This document shows positions 15,908 to 24,611 of a stretch of 40,900 nt of DNA, one piece after another. The translations under genes and the position numbers were made by a program. The DNA comes from a virus. The notes under the pieces were generated by a model. It saw only the letters and a list, made by a program, of their open reading frames with translations. It ran no database searches and was not told the origin of the DNA. Location of the stretch: the UHGV virus genome UHGV-0205053; one strand, written 5' to 3'. The first letter of the stretch is position 1. Each line of letters begins with the position of its first letter.

Positions 15908-16749
15908 AGCCCGCAGCGTATTACAACGAAATCGACCCATTTGCAGCGCAGTGGCTGCGTAACCTGATCGCCGGCGGTCATATCGCACCTGGCGAAGTTG
16001 ATGAAAGGAGTATTGAAGATGTCACACCTGACGACCTGCGAGGATTTACCCAGTGCCACTTCTTCGCCGGAATTGGCGTCTGGTCTCATTCCCTGCGCCT
16101 CGCCGGATGGCCTGACAATAAACCAGTCTGGACCGGCTCCTGCCCGTGCCAGCCTTTCAGCGCGGCAGGCAAAGGAGATGGGTTTGCTGACGAGCGGCAC
16201 CTTTGGCCCCACTTCTTCCACCTCATCAGCGAGTGCACACCTCAGCATGTCTTTGGCGAACAGGTTGCAAGCGGTAACGCAAACGCATGGTTCGACCTTG
16301 TTCAATCAGACCTGGAAGGAATGGGTTACGCCTTCGGGCTTGTGCCGTTTGCGGCAGCGGGCGTCGGTGCGCCGCACATCAGAGAGCGGGCCTACTGGGT
16401 GGCCAACACCGAGGGCAAGGGATTTCCACACGGAAGGTCAGGGGCAGCACAGTCCTTCTTTACCGAGACTGACGGAAAGGCTTTCTCCACCAGGCCCCTT
16501 GAGGTTAACGGTTTTTGGCGAGATGCGGACTGGCTCTTATGTCGAGATGGCAAATGGCGTCCAGTTGAACCCGGCACATCCCCGCTGGTTGATGGGGCTG
16601 CCGCGCGCCTGGGACGAGTCGAGCCCGGGGTGGCAAGAGTGGCAAGCAGCAACCGCGTCGGCAGACTTAAGGGCTACGGTAACGCCATAAACGCACAGGC
16701 TGCGGCTGAATTTATCCGGGCTTATATGGGGGTTAGCTATGGCCGGTGA
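15904..16749 (+). CDS. DNA cytosine-5 methyltransferase (Dcm-like)
   Basis: Motif I FFAGIG, motif [10 protein letters not shown] (PCQ), and the ENV-like and GN motifs of C5 methyltransferases. Confidence 0.75.
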   Translation: MKPAAYYNEIDPFAAQWLRNLIAGGHIAPGEVDERSIEDVTPDDLRGFTQCHFFAGIGVWSHSLRLAGWPDNKPVWTGSCPCQPFSAAGKGDGFADERHLWPHFFHLISECTPQHVFGEQVASGNANAWFDLVQSDLEGMGYAFGLVPFAAAGVGAPHIRERAYWVANTEGKGFPHGRSGAAQSFFTETDGKAFSTRPLEVNGFWRDADWLLCRDGKWRPVEPGTSPLVDGAAARLGRVEPGVARVASSNRVGRLKGYGNAINAQAAAEFIRAYMGVSYGR

Positions 16750-17569
16750 CTGGATCAAGATGCGTGCCGACCTGCACACACACCCAAAAGTTGTCCGCAT
16801 GGCGTCCGCATTGAAAGCGGACAGATTGCGGATAGTTGGCGGACTACATTCCGCATGGTGTCTTTTTGATGTCCACTCCGTTGACGGTTTTCTTGACGGA
16901 TACAGTGCGGAAACTCTCGACGACCTGATCGGCTTCCCTGGGTTTTCTCGGGCAATGATGGCTGTCGGATGGCTCGAAGAAAATGGCGAAAGCCTAGTAA
17001 TGCCGCGCTTTGAAGCCCATAACGGGCAGTCTGCCAAGCGTCGCGCACAGGACGCAGACAGGAAGAGAAACGTCCGCAAAGCGTCCGCATCAGAAGCGGA
17101 CAAAAAGCGGACCAGAGAAGAGAAGAGAAGAGAAGATATAAAAGATAAACCCCACATAGGGGGCGAGCAAAATTCGCCTGTGGATAACTCTGCTAGCGGA
17201 AGTGAACCAGATCCGGATGCGAACAATGCGATGCTGAATGGCTACGTTGCTCCTGGTGGAATGGGTGAGTTTGGAAAATTCCAGATGCGCGACAACTGGA
17301 AGCCGGATCCGCAGTTCATACAGCGCGCTGCGCTGTGGGGCATAACCCTGAAGACAGACATCACGCCGTTCGAGCTGGCAGACTTCATCACGTACTGGAA
17401 AGCGGAGGGAAAGGCATTCCACCACGACCAGTGGCAGCAGAAGCTGGCGAGAAGCGTGCAGCAGTCCAGGGCAAGGCCGGTGGCCCAGCAGCAGCGAAGG
17501 GACATCAACGACGTGCCGGAGCCGGACAAAGCCATACCGCAGGGTTTCAGGGGATACCAGGCCACATAG
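16739..17569 (+). CDS. Replication initiation or replisome-organizer protein (lambda O-like, with a DnaT-like C-terminus)
   Basis: N-terminus [12 protein letters not shown] resembles replisome-organizer N-terminal domains. Iteron clusters lie within the linker-coding region. Its position after cro matches lambdoid replication genes. Confidence 0.5.
   Translation: MAGDWIKMRADLHTHPKVVRMASALKADRLRIVGGLHSAWCLFDVHSVDGFLDGYSAETLDDLIGFPGFSRAMMAVGWLEENGESLVMPRFEAHNGQSAKRRAQDADRKRNVRKASASEADKKRTREEKRREDIKDKPHIGGEQNSPVDNSASGSEPDPDANNAMLNGYVAPGGMGEFGKFQMRDNWKPDPQFIQRAALWGITLKTDITPFELADFITYWKAEGKAFHHDQWQQKLARSVQQSRARPVAQQQRRDINDVPEPDKAIPQGFRGYQAT
17065..17150. repeat. Candidate origin: iterons GTCCGCA x2 direct plus GCGGAC x2 inverted, then (AGAAG)4 and an AT-rich tract, inside the replication gene
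   Basis: cgtccgcaaagcgtccgcatcagaagcggacaaaaagcggacc agagaagagaagagaagagaag atataaaagataaac. A second similar cluster is at 16793-16858. Confidence 0.4.
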
Positions 17570-17609
17570 CAGCACCAGCGCGGCAGCGCATTTTTTTACG
17601 CCAGCACAA

Positions 17610-17686
17610 TTACCCTGCAGGTAACAAAATATGCGCATAGCTATTGATTTTAACTCTAATGTGGATTTAAATTACCTGAGAGGTAA
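17610..17686. promoter_or_regulatory. Two perfect operators, TTACC-CTGCA-GGTAA (17610-17624) and TTACC-TGAGA-GGTAA (17672-17686); the second overlaps the SD of the next gene
   Basis: Both are 5-5-5 perfect inverted repeats. The second is GAGGTAAGTCATG, the RBS of the 17690 gene. Confidence 0.45.
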
Positions 17687-17689
17687 GTC

Positions 17690-18034
17690 ATGAGAAAGCA
17701 GTTACAGGCTCTTGGTCGACTCAAAACAGGCCAGATGAACAAGACGGAATCTGCGTACTGCCAGCATCTGGAACTGCGCAAGCATGCCGGGGAAGTGGCC
17801 TGGTACCGGTTCGAAGGTATCAAGCTGAGACTGGCTGACAACACGTTCTACACGCCGGACTTCGCGGTGATGCTCGCCAACGGTGAGGTGGAATTACACG
17901 AGGTGAAGGGTTTCTGGACCGACGACGCCAGGGTGAAAACCAAAGTCGCAGCAGATCAGTATCCGTTCCGAATCATCGGCGTGACTGTGAAGCCGAAGAA
18001 AGCCGGTGGCGGATGGAATGTCGAAGTGTTCTGA
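17690..18034 (+). CDS. DUF1064-like PD-(D/E)XK nuclease
   Basis: YTPDFAV...ELHEVKG motif. About 115 aa, typical of this phage nuclease family. Confidence 0.45.
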   Translation: MRKQLQALGRLKTGQMNKTESAYCQHLELRKHAGEVAWYRFEGIKLRLADNTFYTPDFAVMLANGEVELHEVKGFWTDDARVKTKVAADQYPFRIIGVTVKPKKAGGGWNVEVF

Positions 18035-18095
18035 ATCGACGATCCTTTTTGATATCAACGTAATCAATGACTTATACGGGTAAGCGGGGGTAAAG

Positions 18096-18545
18096 ATGAA
18101 ACCGAGTTATGAAGAGTTAGAGCAGCGCCTCATCGAGTCAGAGCGCTACGGCCGGCAGACTGATATCACAATTGATAATCTGGAGATGCAGCTGGCGCAG
18201 ATGGCTGCGGAGAATGCGGGGCTGAAATCAGCGCACCCTCAACCATTCGGGCCTGAGATGATGAAGGCTTTGGATGCTTACATGAAGCATCAAGATGAAG
18301 TGCCTGAGGCAGGGATGCTAGATGCATTCTTTATCCTGCGTGACAGCATCCGCGTTGATACGACAGCGACCGATTCATTTTTGGCTGAAGTGCGGGCGCA
18401 GGGTGTGGATTTGATATGTGATTATCACAAGTCACGATGCGAGGCTTTGCATGATGTTGACCGTAATGGCTCTCATCGGCATGGTGCGGCGTTATGTGAT
18501 GCTATAGATATCGCCGCCCAAATTCGCAAAGGAGTGCAGTCATGA
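18096..18545 (+). CDS. Hypothetical protein
   Basis: SD GGGGGT. No family recognised. Confidence 0.4.
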   Translation: MKPSYEELEQRLIESERYGRQTDITIDNLEMQLAQMAAENAGLKSAHPQPFGPEMMKALDAYMKHQDEVPEAGMLDAFFILRDSIRVDTTATDSFLAEVRAQGVDLICDYHKSRCEALHDVDRNGSHRHGAALCDAIDIAAQIRKGVQS

Positions 18546-18814
18546 GCAAATCATACATCGTTATTCAGCAGTACTGGTGGTGCAACGAGAAAGGCCATGG
18601 AGTTGAATACACGACAGACGGCGTTGACTTCGATAAGCGCGATAAGGCAATCAAGCATGGTCTGAAAACACAAGGTAGTGATGATTTCAACATCGGCGTT
18701 ATCGAAGGCGGTAAGCTTGTTTCCTTCGACTGGATGAATGAGCCAGTGGGTGAAAGTGCAGAGACACTTGCTGAAATTGCAGAAGCCATCGGTTACGAAG
18801 GAGCCGCCCAATGA
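18542..18814 (+). CDS. Hypothetical protein
   Basis: ATGA start/stop overlap with the upstream gene. Confidence 0.4.
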   Translation: MSKSYIVIQQYWWCNEKGHGVEYTTDGVDFDKRDKAIKHGLKTQGSDDFNIGVIEGGKLVSFDWMNEPVGESAETLAEIAEAIGYEGAAQ

Positions 18815-19383
18815 GCAACATCGACAAACGCGCATTACGTGAATCGGCGGAGAAGGCTACTCCGGGTCGTATTGGCGATCGCGTAGACGGAAGCATCAAA
18901 TACACCTGTAGAGGTACTGATGGAACCTTGGTTCTTTCAACCGACAACCATGATGATTATGGGTTTGTTGGTGATAACAGCCTGGAGGATGAGCTGTTCT
19001 TCAGGCTATGTGACCCCGTCACCGTGCTGGCGCTGCTGGATGAGCTGGAAGCCAAAGACAAGCGTATTGCTGAGTTGGAGAGCGACAATGCTTACATCAA
19101 AAACCGCCACAAAGAACTGGACCTGTTAATTGGCAAAAACATTCTGGTAATGCAGGCCGCAATCATCGAATGGCAGGGAACTGGCGACGCCAGAAAAGGG
19201 CTGGCATGGATTTATAACACGCTGTTTGGGCCCGGCGAACTGCCGGACGAATCGGAGAAAGACGCGCAGGCCTATTTTGACCGTAAATATGCGCCTCTCG
19301 ACGAAGAACTCATGAACCTTCACCGTTGGTTCTGGGAACAAAGCGAAGCTGAACGCGCCGCCGCAGCCGGTAAAGGAGAGTGA
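18811..19383 (+). CDS. Ead/Ea22-like protein
   Basis: N-terminus MSNIDKRALRESAEKATPG and a coiled-coil region resemble the Ead/Ea22 family of lambdoid early-region proteins. Confidence 0.45.
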   Translation: MSNIDKRALRESAEKATPGRIGDRVDGSIKYTCRGTDGTLVLSTDNHDDYGFVGDNSLEDELFFRLCDPVTVLALLDELEAKDKRIAELESDNAYIKNRHKELDLLIGKNILVMQAAIIEWQGTGDARKGLAWIYNTLFGPGELPDESEKDAQAYFDRKYAPLDEELMNLHRWFWEQSEAERAAAAGKGE

Positions 19384-19673
19384 GCATGGCTACTTTGCAG
19401 GAATTAATCGACCTGACTCCGGAACAGGAAAAAGCGTGGAAACGTCTTGAGAAAGCAGTGAAGGATTTCAGAGCCGCAGGAGGTAAATTTTATAGCGTTC
19501 TGGACACGCTGAGCGCTTATAACGGCGAGCACGTTTCCTGCATTGATAACGACACGGGATATCACACTGCAAGCGTCTATATGCCTAGCATTGATGCGCC
19601 AGGGCTAACCAGCTGGGCAGATGATTGGCATGGCATAACGCTGAATGATGGCGTTGAAGTGGATGAGGACTAA
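19380..19673 (+). CDS. Hypothetical protein
   Basis: SD GGAGAG. Overlapping stop and start codons. Confidence 0.4.
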   Translation: MSMATLQELIDLTPEQEKAWKRLEKAVKDFRAAGGKFYSVLDTLSAYNGEHVSCIDNDTGYHTASVYMPSIDAPGLTSWADDWHGITLNDGVEVDED

Positions 19674-19676
19674 CCC

Positions 19677-20468
19677 ATGAGCACTATTACCAGAGAACGT
19701 CTGCAGAGATTAATCCGCGCAATTAATAGCGAAAATTACGACGAAGAGGAAATAGTTGAGTGTGTTAACTCTGATGAAATTTTGGAGCTGGCGCGTATCG
19801 CGCTGGCATCGCTCGAAGCTGAGCCTGTGGCGTGGGCGCACAGATTAATCAACAAGCGTAACGGAGTCGCTCACCCTTGGGTTTACGGTAGCGCAGAGGC
19901 ATGTCCAAGCGAGGGGGATATCTTCAATATTGAGGTAATGCCACTTTACACAGCCCCGCCAGCGCCGGTATCTGTGCCGGATGAAGTTACTGCTGAAGAT
20001 TGCCCGGCATTCGTCAAGTATGACGTTACTGATGCAGATGAGGCATGGGCTCGCGGATTTAACGCCTGCCGCAACGCCATGCTTCAGGGTGCCGATCGAC
20101 CACAAAACGAACCGCAAAATATTCCGGAAAATATTCCAGCCACACAGTTTAAGCCGGTAGCAGACCTGTACGGCTTAACCTCACCAACTGGCGGTGAAAC
20201 ATCGTTCACTTTCGACGCTGTTGAAGCTCGCGATTTTATTGATGGCGGGTGGTCATGTCAGGAGTACGTGGAGCTTGAACGCTTTCAGGAGGCTGTGAGC
20301 GGCAACTCTCCGGTGGTGCCGGATGGTTATGCTCTGGTGCCGGTTGAGCCGACAACCAATCAATGGGCTGCCGGAATGCAAGCCTTTGATTCTGGAATGG
20401 ACAAAGTTACACGAGTATACAAAGCCATGCTCGCAGCAGCGCCGCAGCAGGAGGATAAAAATGTCTAA
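19677..20468 (+). CDS. Hypothetical protein
   Basis: SD GAGGA. Confidence 0.4.
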   Translation: MSTITRERLQRLIRAINSENYDEEEIVECVNSDEILELARIALASLEAEPVAWAHRLINKRNGVAHPWVYGSAEACPSEGDIFNIEVMPLYTAPPAPVSVPDEVTAEDCPAFVKYDVTDADEAWARGFNACRNAMLQGADRPQNEPQNIPENIPATQFKPVADLYGLTSPTGGETSFTFDAVEARDFIDGGWSCQEYVELERFQEAVSGNSPVVPDGYALVPVEPTTNQWAAGMQAFDSGMDKVTRVYKAMLAAAPQQEDKNV

Positions 20469-20787
20469 TTTGAAGCCAGGGAATGTTTATGTCGAAATAT
20501 CTCACAATCAGGCTGGAGGCCTTTCCCTATGCGTAGGCAATGATGATGGTGGGTATCGCATCTCCGGAGCCAAGGTCGGCGGCTGTGAAACTCTGAAGTG
20601 CTTTGAGGTTAATGCCGAGGAGCTAATCGAGCAGATTCGCGAGCACGTGAAAAAGGCGGCCGTAGAGCCTGAGCATATCGACGAAATCGCTATTCAGGCA
20701 GGGATTGACCCAGCCGTTGCTGATGCTTACATGCAGGGATATCACGACGCTGAATCGCGGAGAGCTGAGCAGCAGGATGCAAACTGA
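20461..20787 (+). CDS. Hypothetical protein
   Basis: SD AGGAG precedes the ATG at 20461, with an ATGTCTAA overlap onto the upstream gene. The ORF track starts earlier, at 20323. Confidence 0.4.
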   Translation: MSNLKPGNVYVEISHNQAGGLSLCVGNDDGGYRISGAKVGGCETLKCFEVNAEELIEQIREHVKKAAVEPEHIDEIAIQAGIDPAVADAYMQGYHDAESRRAEQQDAN

Positions 20788-20824
20788 TGTGATATAAAAC
20801 CCCTTCATGGTGGAGGGGTTGACT

Positions 20825-21064
20825 ATGTCAGAATATGAGAAGCTGTCAGAAGACCTGTATCGGGAGGCGTGTCGAATTGTTGGTGAGTGCTGCTTGATGC
20901 TTTCCAGCAATGATGCGGAAACAAACAGAGACCAGCTGGTTCACGAATTAAAACGGCTTCACTGGGAAATCATGAAGCAGACAGACGAATCAAATCTGCC
21001 GATTTTGCTTGCCATCGAGAAGCTTGCTACCAGCGATGACTGGAAGAAGCCATATCTTGGATGA
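20825..21064 (+). CDS. Hypothetical protein
   Basis: SD GGAGGGG precedes the ATG at 20825. The ORF track starts at 20807, inside a hairpin. Confidence 0.35.
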   Translation: MSEYEKLSEDLYREACRIVGECCLMLSSNDAETNRDQLVHELKRLHWEIMKQTDESNLPILLAIEKLATSDDWKKPYLG

Positions 21065-21137
21065 CACCTAACCCATTCGACTTCGTGATGTTCGTGCTGC
21101 TGGCAATCGGCGCACTTCAGCAAATGGGGTGGCTGCC

Positions 21138-21344
21138 ATGGTGAGCAAACTTAAACAGCGGCGCCTGCGCCGCCTTAAAGCCGACGTGGCCTGGTGGCGC
21201 GAAGAAGCAGAATACGGAAACCGCCGCATTCTCGAACTGGCCGGGGAAATAGACAGGCTCAAGAAGCTGGTTATCCGCGTGCCTATGCCGGTGGTGGTGC
21301 CCGAGTCAGTGGCCGATGAACTGAAACTGAGAGAGGTGGGGTGA
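21138..21344 (+). CDS. Hypothetical basic coiled-coil protein
   Basis: ATG at 21138. A GTG alternative is at 21129. Confidence 0.3.
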   Translation: MVSKLKQRRLRRLKADVAWWREEAEYGNRRILELAGEIDRLKKLVIRVPMPVVVPESVADELKLREVG

Positions 21345-21712
21345 TGGACTATTCACAGTTATCAGATTTTGAAATTAACAGCGCAGTACATAATGCGAAA
21401 CTAAAAGAGCCTTATGCTCTGGTGTTCATGGGTGATGATCGAATTGCATGGACGAAAGAAAATGGTGATCAAATTATCACGGAGAAAGTTCCTTACACCA
21501 AAAATGGAGTGCATGACTACTGCAACAACCCGGCAGACGCATGGCCGATCATTGTTGGTAGCAAGATAAACATCAGGTTCGGTGCGGAAGGGATGGCTTG
21601 TGAGGCTCAGTTTATGCAGTACGGACATGAGAGTGTGGAGTGCTACCACGCCAACCCCCTCCGTGCTGCAATGATTGTCTTCCTCATGATACAGGAAAAT
21701 CAGAATGGCTAA
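21344..21712 (+). CDS. Hypothetical protein
   Basis: SD GAGGTGGGG. TGATG overlap. Confidence 0.4.
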   Translation: MDYSQLSDFEINSAVHNAKLKEPYALVFMGDDRIAWTKENGDQIITEKVPYTKNGVHDYCNNPADAWPIIVGSKINIRFGAEGMACEAQFMQYGHESVECYHANPLRAAMIVFLMIQENQNG

Positions 21713-22043
21713 GACAGCAGCAGAACGCAAAGCAGCGCAGCGGGCCCGCCAGGCGGAAGCAGGAGAGCGAAAGCTTGAACTGGTACTCGACGAGCAGGAA
21801 ATAGAGATGCTGGCGCGGAACTGCGCCGAGCGGCGACCGGGTCGTGAGCCATACGAACTGAGCGAGTACATTGCTCTGCTGATCCGCCAGGATGATGCGC
21901 GAGTTCGCGGTCGTATAAAAGTCATCAGCGCAAAGCGGTGCGGCAAGTGCGGCGACAGCCTGCCGGTGAAGTCCTGCCCGTGCACTGGCGATTCTGCATG
22001 CTGGGTGACTAACGGCTGGCATGAAACGAAACTTGCAGTGTGA
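21705..22043 (+). CDS. Small basic protein with a C-terminal Cys cluster (CGKCG...CPCTGDSAC); candidate late-gene regulator
   Basis: Last gene before the late-structural region. Has a zinc-finger-like cluster. Its stop overlaps the GTGAC-GT-GTCAC palindrome. Confidence 0.35.
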   Translation: MAKTAAERKAAQRARQAEAGERKLELVLDEQEIEMLARNCAERRPGREPYELSEYIALLIRQDDARVRGRIKVISAKRCGKCGDSLPVKSCPCTGDSACWVTNGWHETKLAV

Positions 22044-22080
22044 CGTGTCACGACGTGTTGACTAAATCCTCACATGATTA

Positions 22081-22100
22081 TACTGTTTAAATGTACAGTA
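22081..22100. promoter_or_regulatory. LexA (SOS) box TACTGTTTAAATGTACAGTA
   Basis: Perfect CTGT-N8-ACAG with TA flanks. Lies 20 nt upstream of the 22121 ATG (SD GAGGT). Confidence 0.65.
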
Positions 22101-22120
22101 TATTTATGTGAGGTTCCATT

Positions 22121-22450
22121 ATGGGCTTTCCATCTCCGGCAGCAGACTACGCAGAAGCATCTCTCACCATCACCAGCCTTTGCGGCTTCGACGGCAATTG
22201 TCGCGCCATCGAGACGTCAGCGGGCTATGCAATCATCAACGTTGCCAACAAACCAGATCCGGGTGACACCGTGCTGATTTCGTATTGTGGCCGCACGGAG
22301 TTCGCCATTGTCCAGGGAAAGGCGCTGATCACTCCGGAAGGTGAAGCACTCGAAGGCGAGGCGCTGGAAGACACGACAGTGCATGGCGTGGTTACTCACT
22401 TCCTGAACCGTGTTGGCCGCCAGGACGACGAACCAATACCAGTCATGTAA
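22121..22450 (+). CDS. UmuD'-like S24-fold protein lacking the catalytic Ser; begins at the UmuD cleavage-site equivalent; LexA-regulated
   Basis: The N-terminus MGFPSPAADY equals the UmuD' N-terminus (UmuD is cleaved at C24/G25 to give GFPSPAADY...). Conserved blocks PGDTVLIS, EFAIVQGKAL and TVHGVVTHF follow the S24 beta-fold. The GDSM Ser motif is replaced by SAGYA. Confidence 0.55.
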   Translation: MGFPSPAADYAEASLTITSLCGFDGNCRAIETSAGYAIINVANKPDPGDTVLISYCGRTEFAIVQGKALITPEGEALEGEALEDTTVHGVVTHFLNRVGRQDDEPIPVM

Positions 22451-22472
22451 CATCTGCGCGGGCGTGATAGTA

Positions 22473-22508
22473 TTACCTGCATGGTAATAAAATTACTCAG
22501 GTGGTAAT
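22473..22508. promoter_or_regulatory. Operators TTACC-TGCAT-GGTAA (perfect; extends to ATTACC...GGTAAT) and TTACT-CAGGT-GGTAA (9/10) overlapping the TerS start
   Basis: Read immediately upstream of and overlapping the terminase small subunit start codons. Confidence 0.45.
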
Positions 22509-23139
22509 GATGCCCGCGACGCCAAAAACCCACAAACGCAAATCAACGCAATATAAGCCTCTTACAGCGATGATGGAGGCTTACTGCCAGTCCTACATTA
22601 AGACACCTGAGAACCAGACTCAGGCGGCGATTAACGCAGGATTTTCGCCTAATACGGCAGCCGTCAAAGCAAGCAACATGATGCGCGACGAAAGAATCCA
22701 GAAACGAATCGCTGAACTGATGGAAGAGCGCAACAAGCGGAACCGCGTCAGCGCTGATTACGTCCTCATGCGCCTGGTGGAGATCGACCAGATGGATGTG
22801 CTGGACATACTGAACGACGATGGCGGGATGAAGCCTATTGCTGAATGGCCGAAGGTATGGCGCACCTCGCTCAGTGCGATGGATATAGCCACCATCAAGA
22901 CCACTCAGGCCTCACTGCAAAAAGAGAATGGCGAGGCGGAACTCTCTGTTGAGGATGTCGAGCATATCCTGAAGAAGGTGAAGTGGCCGGACAAGGTTAA
23001 GAATCTCGAGCTGATTGGTAAGCATGTCGACGTCAACGCGTTCAAAGAGCGCCTGGAAGTTTCCGGTACCGTAACCATCGCCGACCGCATGGCCGCCGCC
23101 CGGCGCCGCGTCAAAGAGCAGGCTGGTGGTGAAGAATGA
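22507..23139 (+). CDS. terS: Terminase small subunit
   Basis: AYCQSYIKTPENQTQAAINAGFSPNTAAVKASNMMRDERIQKRI matches the terminase-small N-terminal HTH family. ATGA overlap with TerL. Confidence 0.7.
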   Translation: MMPATPKTHKRKSTQYKPLTAMMEAYCQSYIKTPENQTQAAINAGFSPNTAAVKASNMMRDERIQKRIAELMEERNKRNRVSADYVLMRLVEIDQMDVLDILNDDGGMKPIAEWPKVWRTSLSAMDIATIKTTQASLQKENGEAELSVEDVEHILKKVKWPDKVKNLELIGKHVDVNAFKERLEVSGTVTIADRMAAARRRVKEQAGGEE

Positions 23140-24611
23140 CAGCCACAGCTATGTCGCCGGAAGAGCAGCTCGTCGAGGATATCGCTTCGTTCACGTATGA
23201 CCCGCTGGGCTATGCGATGTATGCGTTCCCGTGGAGCGAGGAAGGAACAGAGCTGGCGCACGCAACTGGTCCGCGTAAATGGCAGGCAGATGCATTCCGC
23301 GAGATACGCGATCACCTCCAGAACCCCGCGACACGTCACCAGCCTCTGATGCTGGCCCGCGCATCCGGCCACGGTATCGGCAAATCCGCTTTCATCTCGA
23401 TGCTCATCAACTGGGGTATGTCGACCTGCGAGGACTGCAAGGTGGTGGTGACCGCCAACACCGACAACCAGCTGCGCACCAAGACCTGGCCGGAAATCAT
23501 CAAATGGTCGAACCTGGCCATCACGAAAGAGTGGTTCACCTGCACCGCCACGGCGATGTACAGCAACGACCCGGGCCACGACAAACGCTGGCGCGCTGAC
23601 GCAATCCCGTGGTCAGAGCACAACACCGAGGCGTTCGCCGGTCTGCACAACGAGCGCAAACGCATCATCGTGGTATTCGACGAAGCGTCCAACATTGCCG
23701 ATCTGGTCTGGGAAGTAGCCGAGGGCGCGCTGACGGACGAAGACACGGAAATCATTTGGGTGGCGTTCGGGAACCCGACGCGTAACACCGGGCGTTTCCG
23801 CGAATGCTTCCGCAAGTACAAGCACCGCTGGAAGTGTGCGCAGATTGACAGCCGTACCGTAGAAGGCACGAACAAGCAGCAGTTGCAGAAGTGGGTTGAC
23901 GACTACGGCGAGGACAGCGACTTCGTGAAGGTCCGTGTGCGGGGGATCTTTCCTGACGCGTCAGAACTCCAGTTTATCCCGACCGGGCTAACTGACGAGG
24001 CAATGAAGCGCGTAGTGACCGCTGCGCAGGTGGCGCACGCACCGGTGATTATCGGCGTTGACCCGGCTTATTCCGGCGTGGATGACGCAGTGATATACCT
24101 GCGGCAGGGGCTGCACAGCAAGGTGCTGTGGACCGGCAACAAGACTACCGACGATCTGATTATGGCTAAGCGTATCGCCGACTTTGAGGACCAGTACCAG
24201 GCTGACGCAGTGTTTATCGACTTTGGTTACGGCACCGGGCTGAAGTCCATAGGTGACGGCTGGGGCCGGACGTGGCAGCTAATCCCGTTCGGCGGCGGCT
24301 CGACAGATCCGCAGATGCTCAACAAACGCGGTGAGATGTTCAACAGCTGTAAAACATGGCTTAAGCTCGGCGGCGCGCTGGATGACCAGGAGACTGCTGA
24401 TGACCTGTCAGCGGCAGAGTACAAAGTCAGGGTGGATGGTAAGATCGTCATTGAGCCGAAGGAGGATATCAAAGACCGGTTAGGCCGTTCGCCGGGAAAG
24501 GGTGACGCGCTGCTGCTGACGTTTGCTTTCCCGGTTACAAAACGCCTGCGCATTCCTGGTCAGGAGAGCCAGCAGGGTAAGGCGGTCACAGAATATGACC
24601 CATGGAAATAG
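23136..24611 (+). CDS. terL: Terminase large subunit (ATPase plus nuclease)
   Basis: Walker A motif in RASGHGIGKSA. Size and position fit. Confidence 0.85.
   Translation: MTATAMSPEEQLVEDIASFTYDPLGYAMYAFPWSEEGTELAHATGPRKWQADAFREIRDHLQNPATRHQPLMLARASGHGIGKSAFISMLINWGMSTCEDCKVVVTANTDNQLRTKTWPEIIKWSNLAITKEWFTCTATAMYSNDPGHDKRWRADAIPWSEHNTEAFAGLHNERKRIIVVFDEASNIADLVWEVAEGALTDEDTEIIWVAFGNPTRNTGRFRECFRKYKHRWKCAQIDSRTVEGTNKQQLQKWVDDYGEDSDFVKVRVRGIFPDASELQFIPTGLTDEAMKRVVTAAQVAHAPVIIGVDPAYSGVDDAVIYLRQGLHSKVLWTGNKTTDDLIMAKRIADFEDQYQADAVFIDFGYGTGLKSIGDGWGRTWQLIPFGGGSTDPQMLNKRGEMFNSCKTWLKLGGALDDQETADDLSAAEYKVRVDGKIVIEPKEDIKDRLGRSPGKGDALLLTFAFPVTKRLRIPGQESQQGKAVTEYDPWK

Noticed and set aside
16537-17638. 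Long minus-strand ORFs (229 and 182 aa) overlapping the replication gene, and similar antisense ORFs in the Dcm, terminase and portal regions.
   Set aside because: They lie entirely inside well-supported plus-strand genes in GC-rich sequence. They have no RBS and low-complexity Arg/Pro/Ser-rich translations, the typical signature of spurious antisense ORFs.
20787-20823. CCCCTTCAtggTGGAGGGG hairpin before the 20825 gene as a terminator.
   Set aside because: The stem is imperfect and no T-run follows, and the 20807 ATG of the ORF track lies inside it. It is treated only as 5'-UTR structure.
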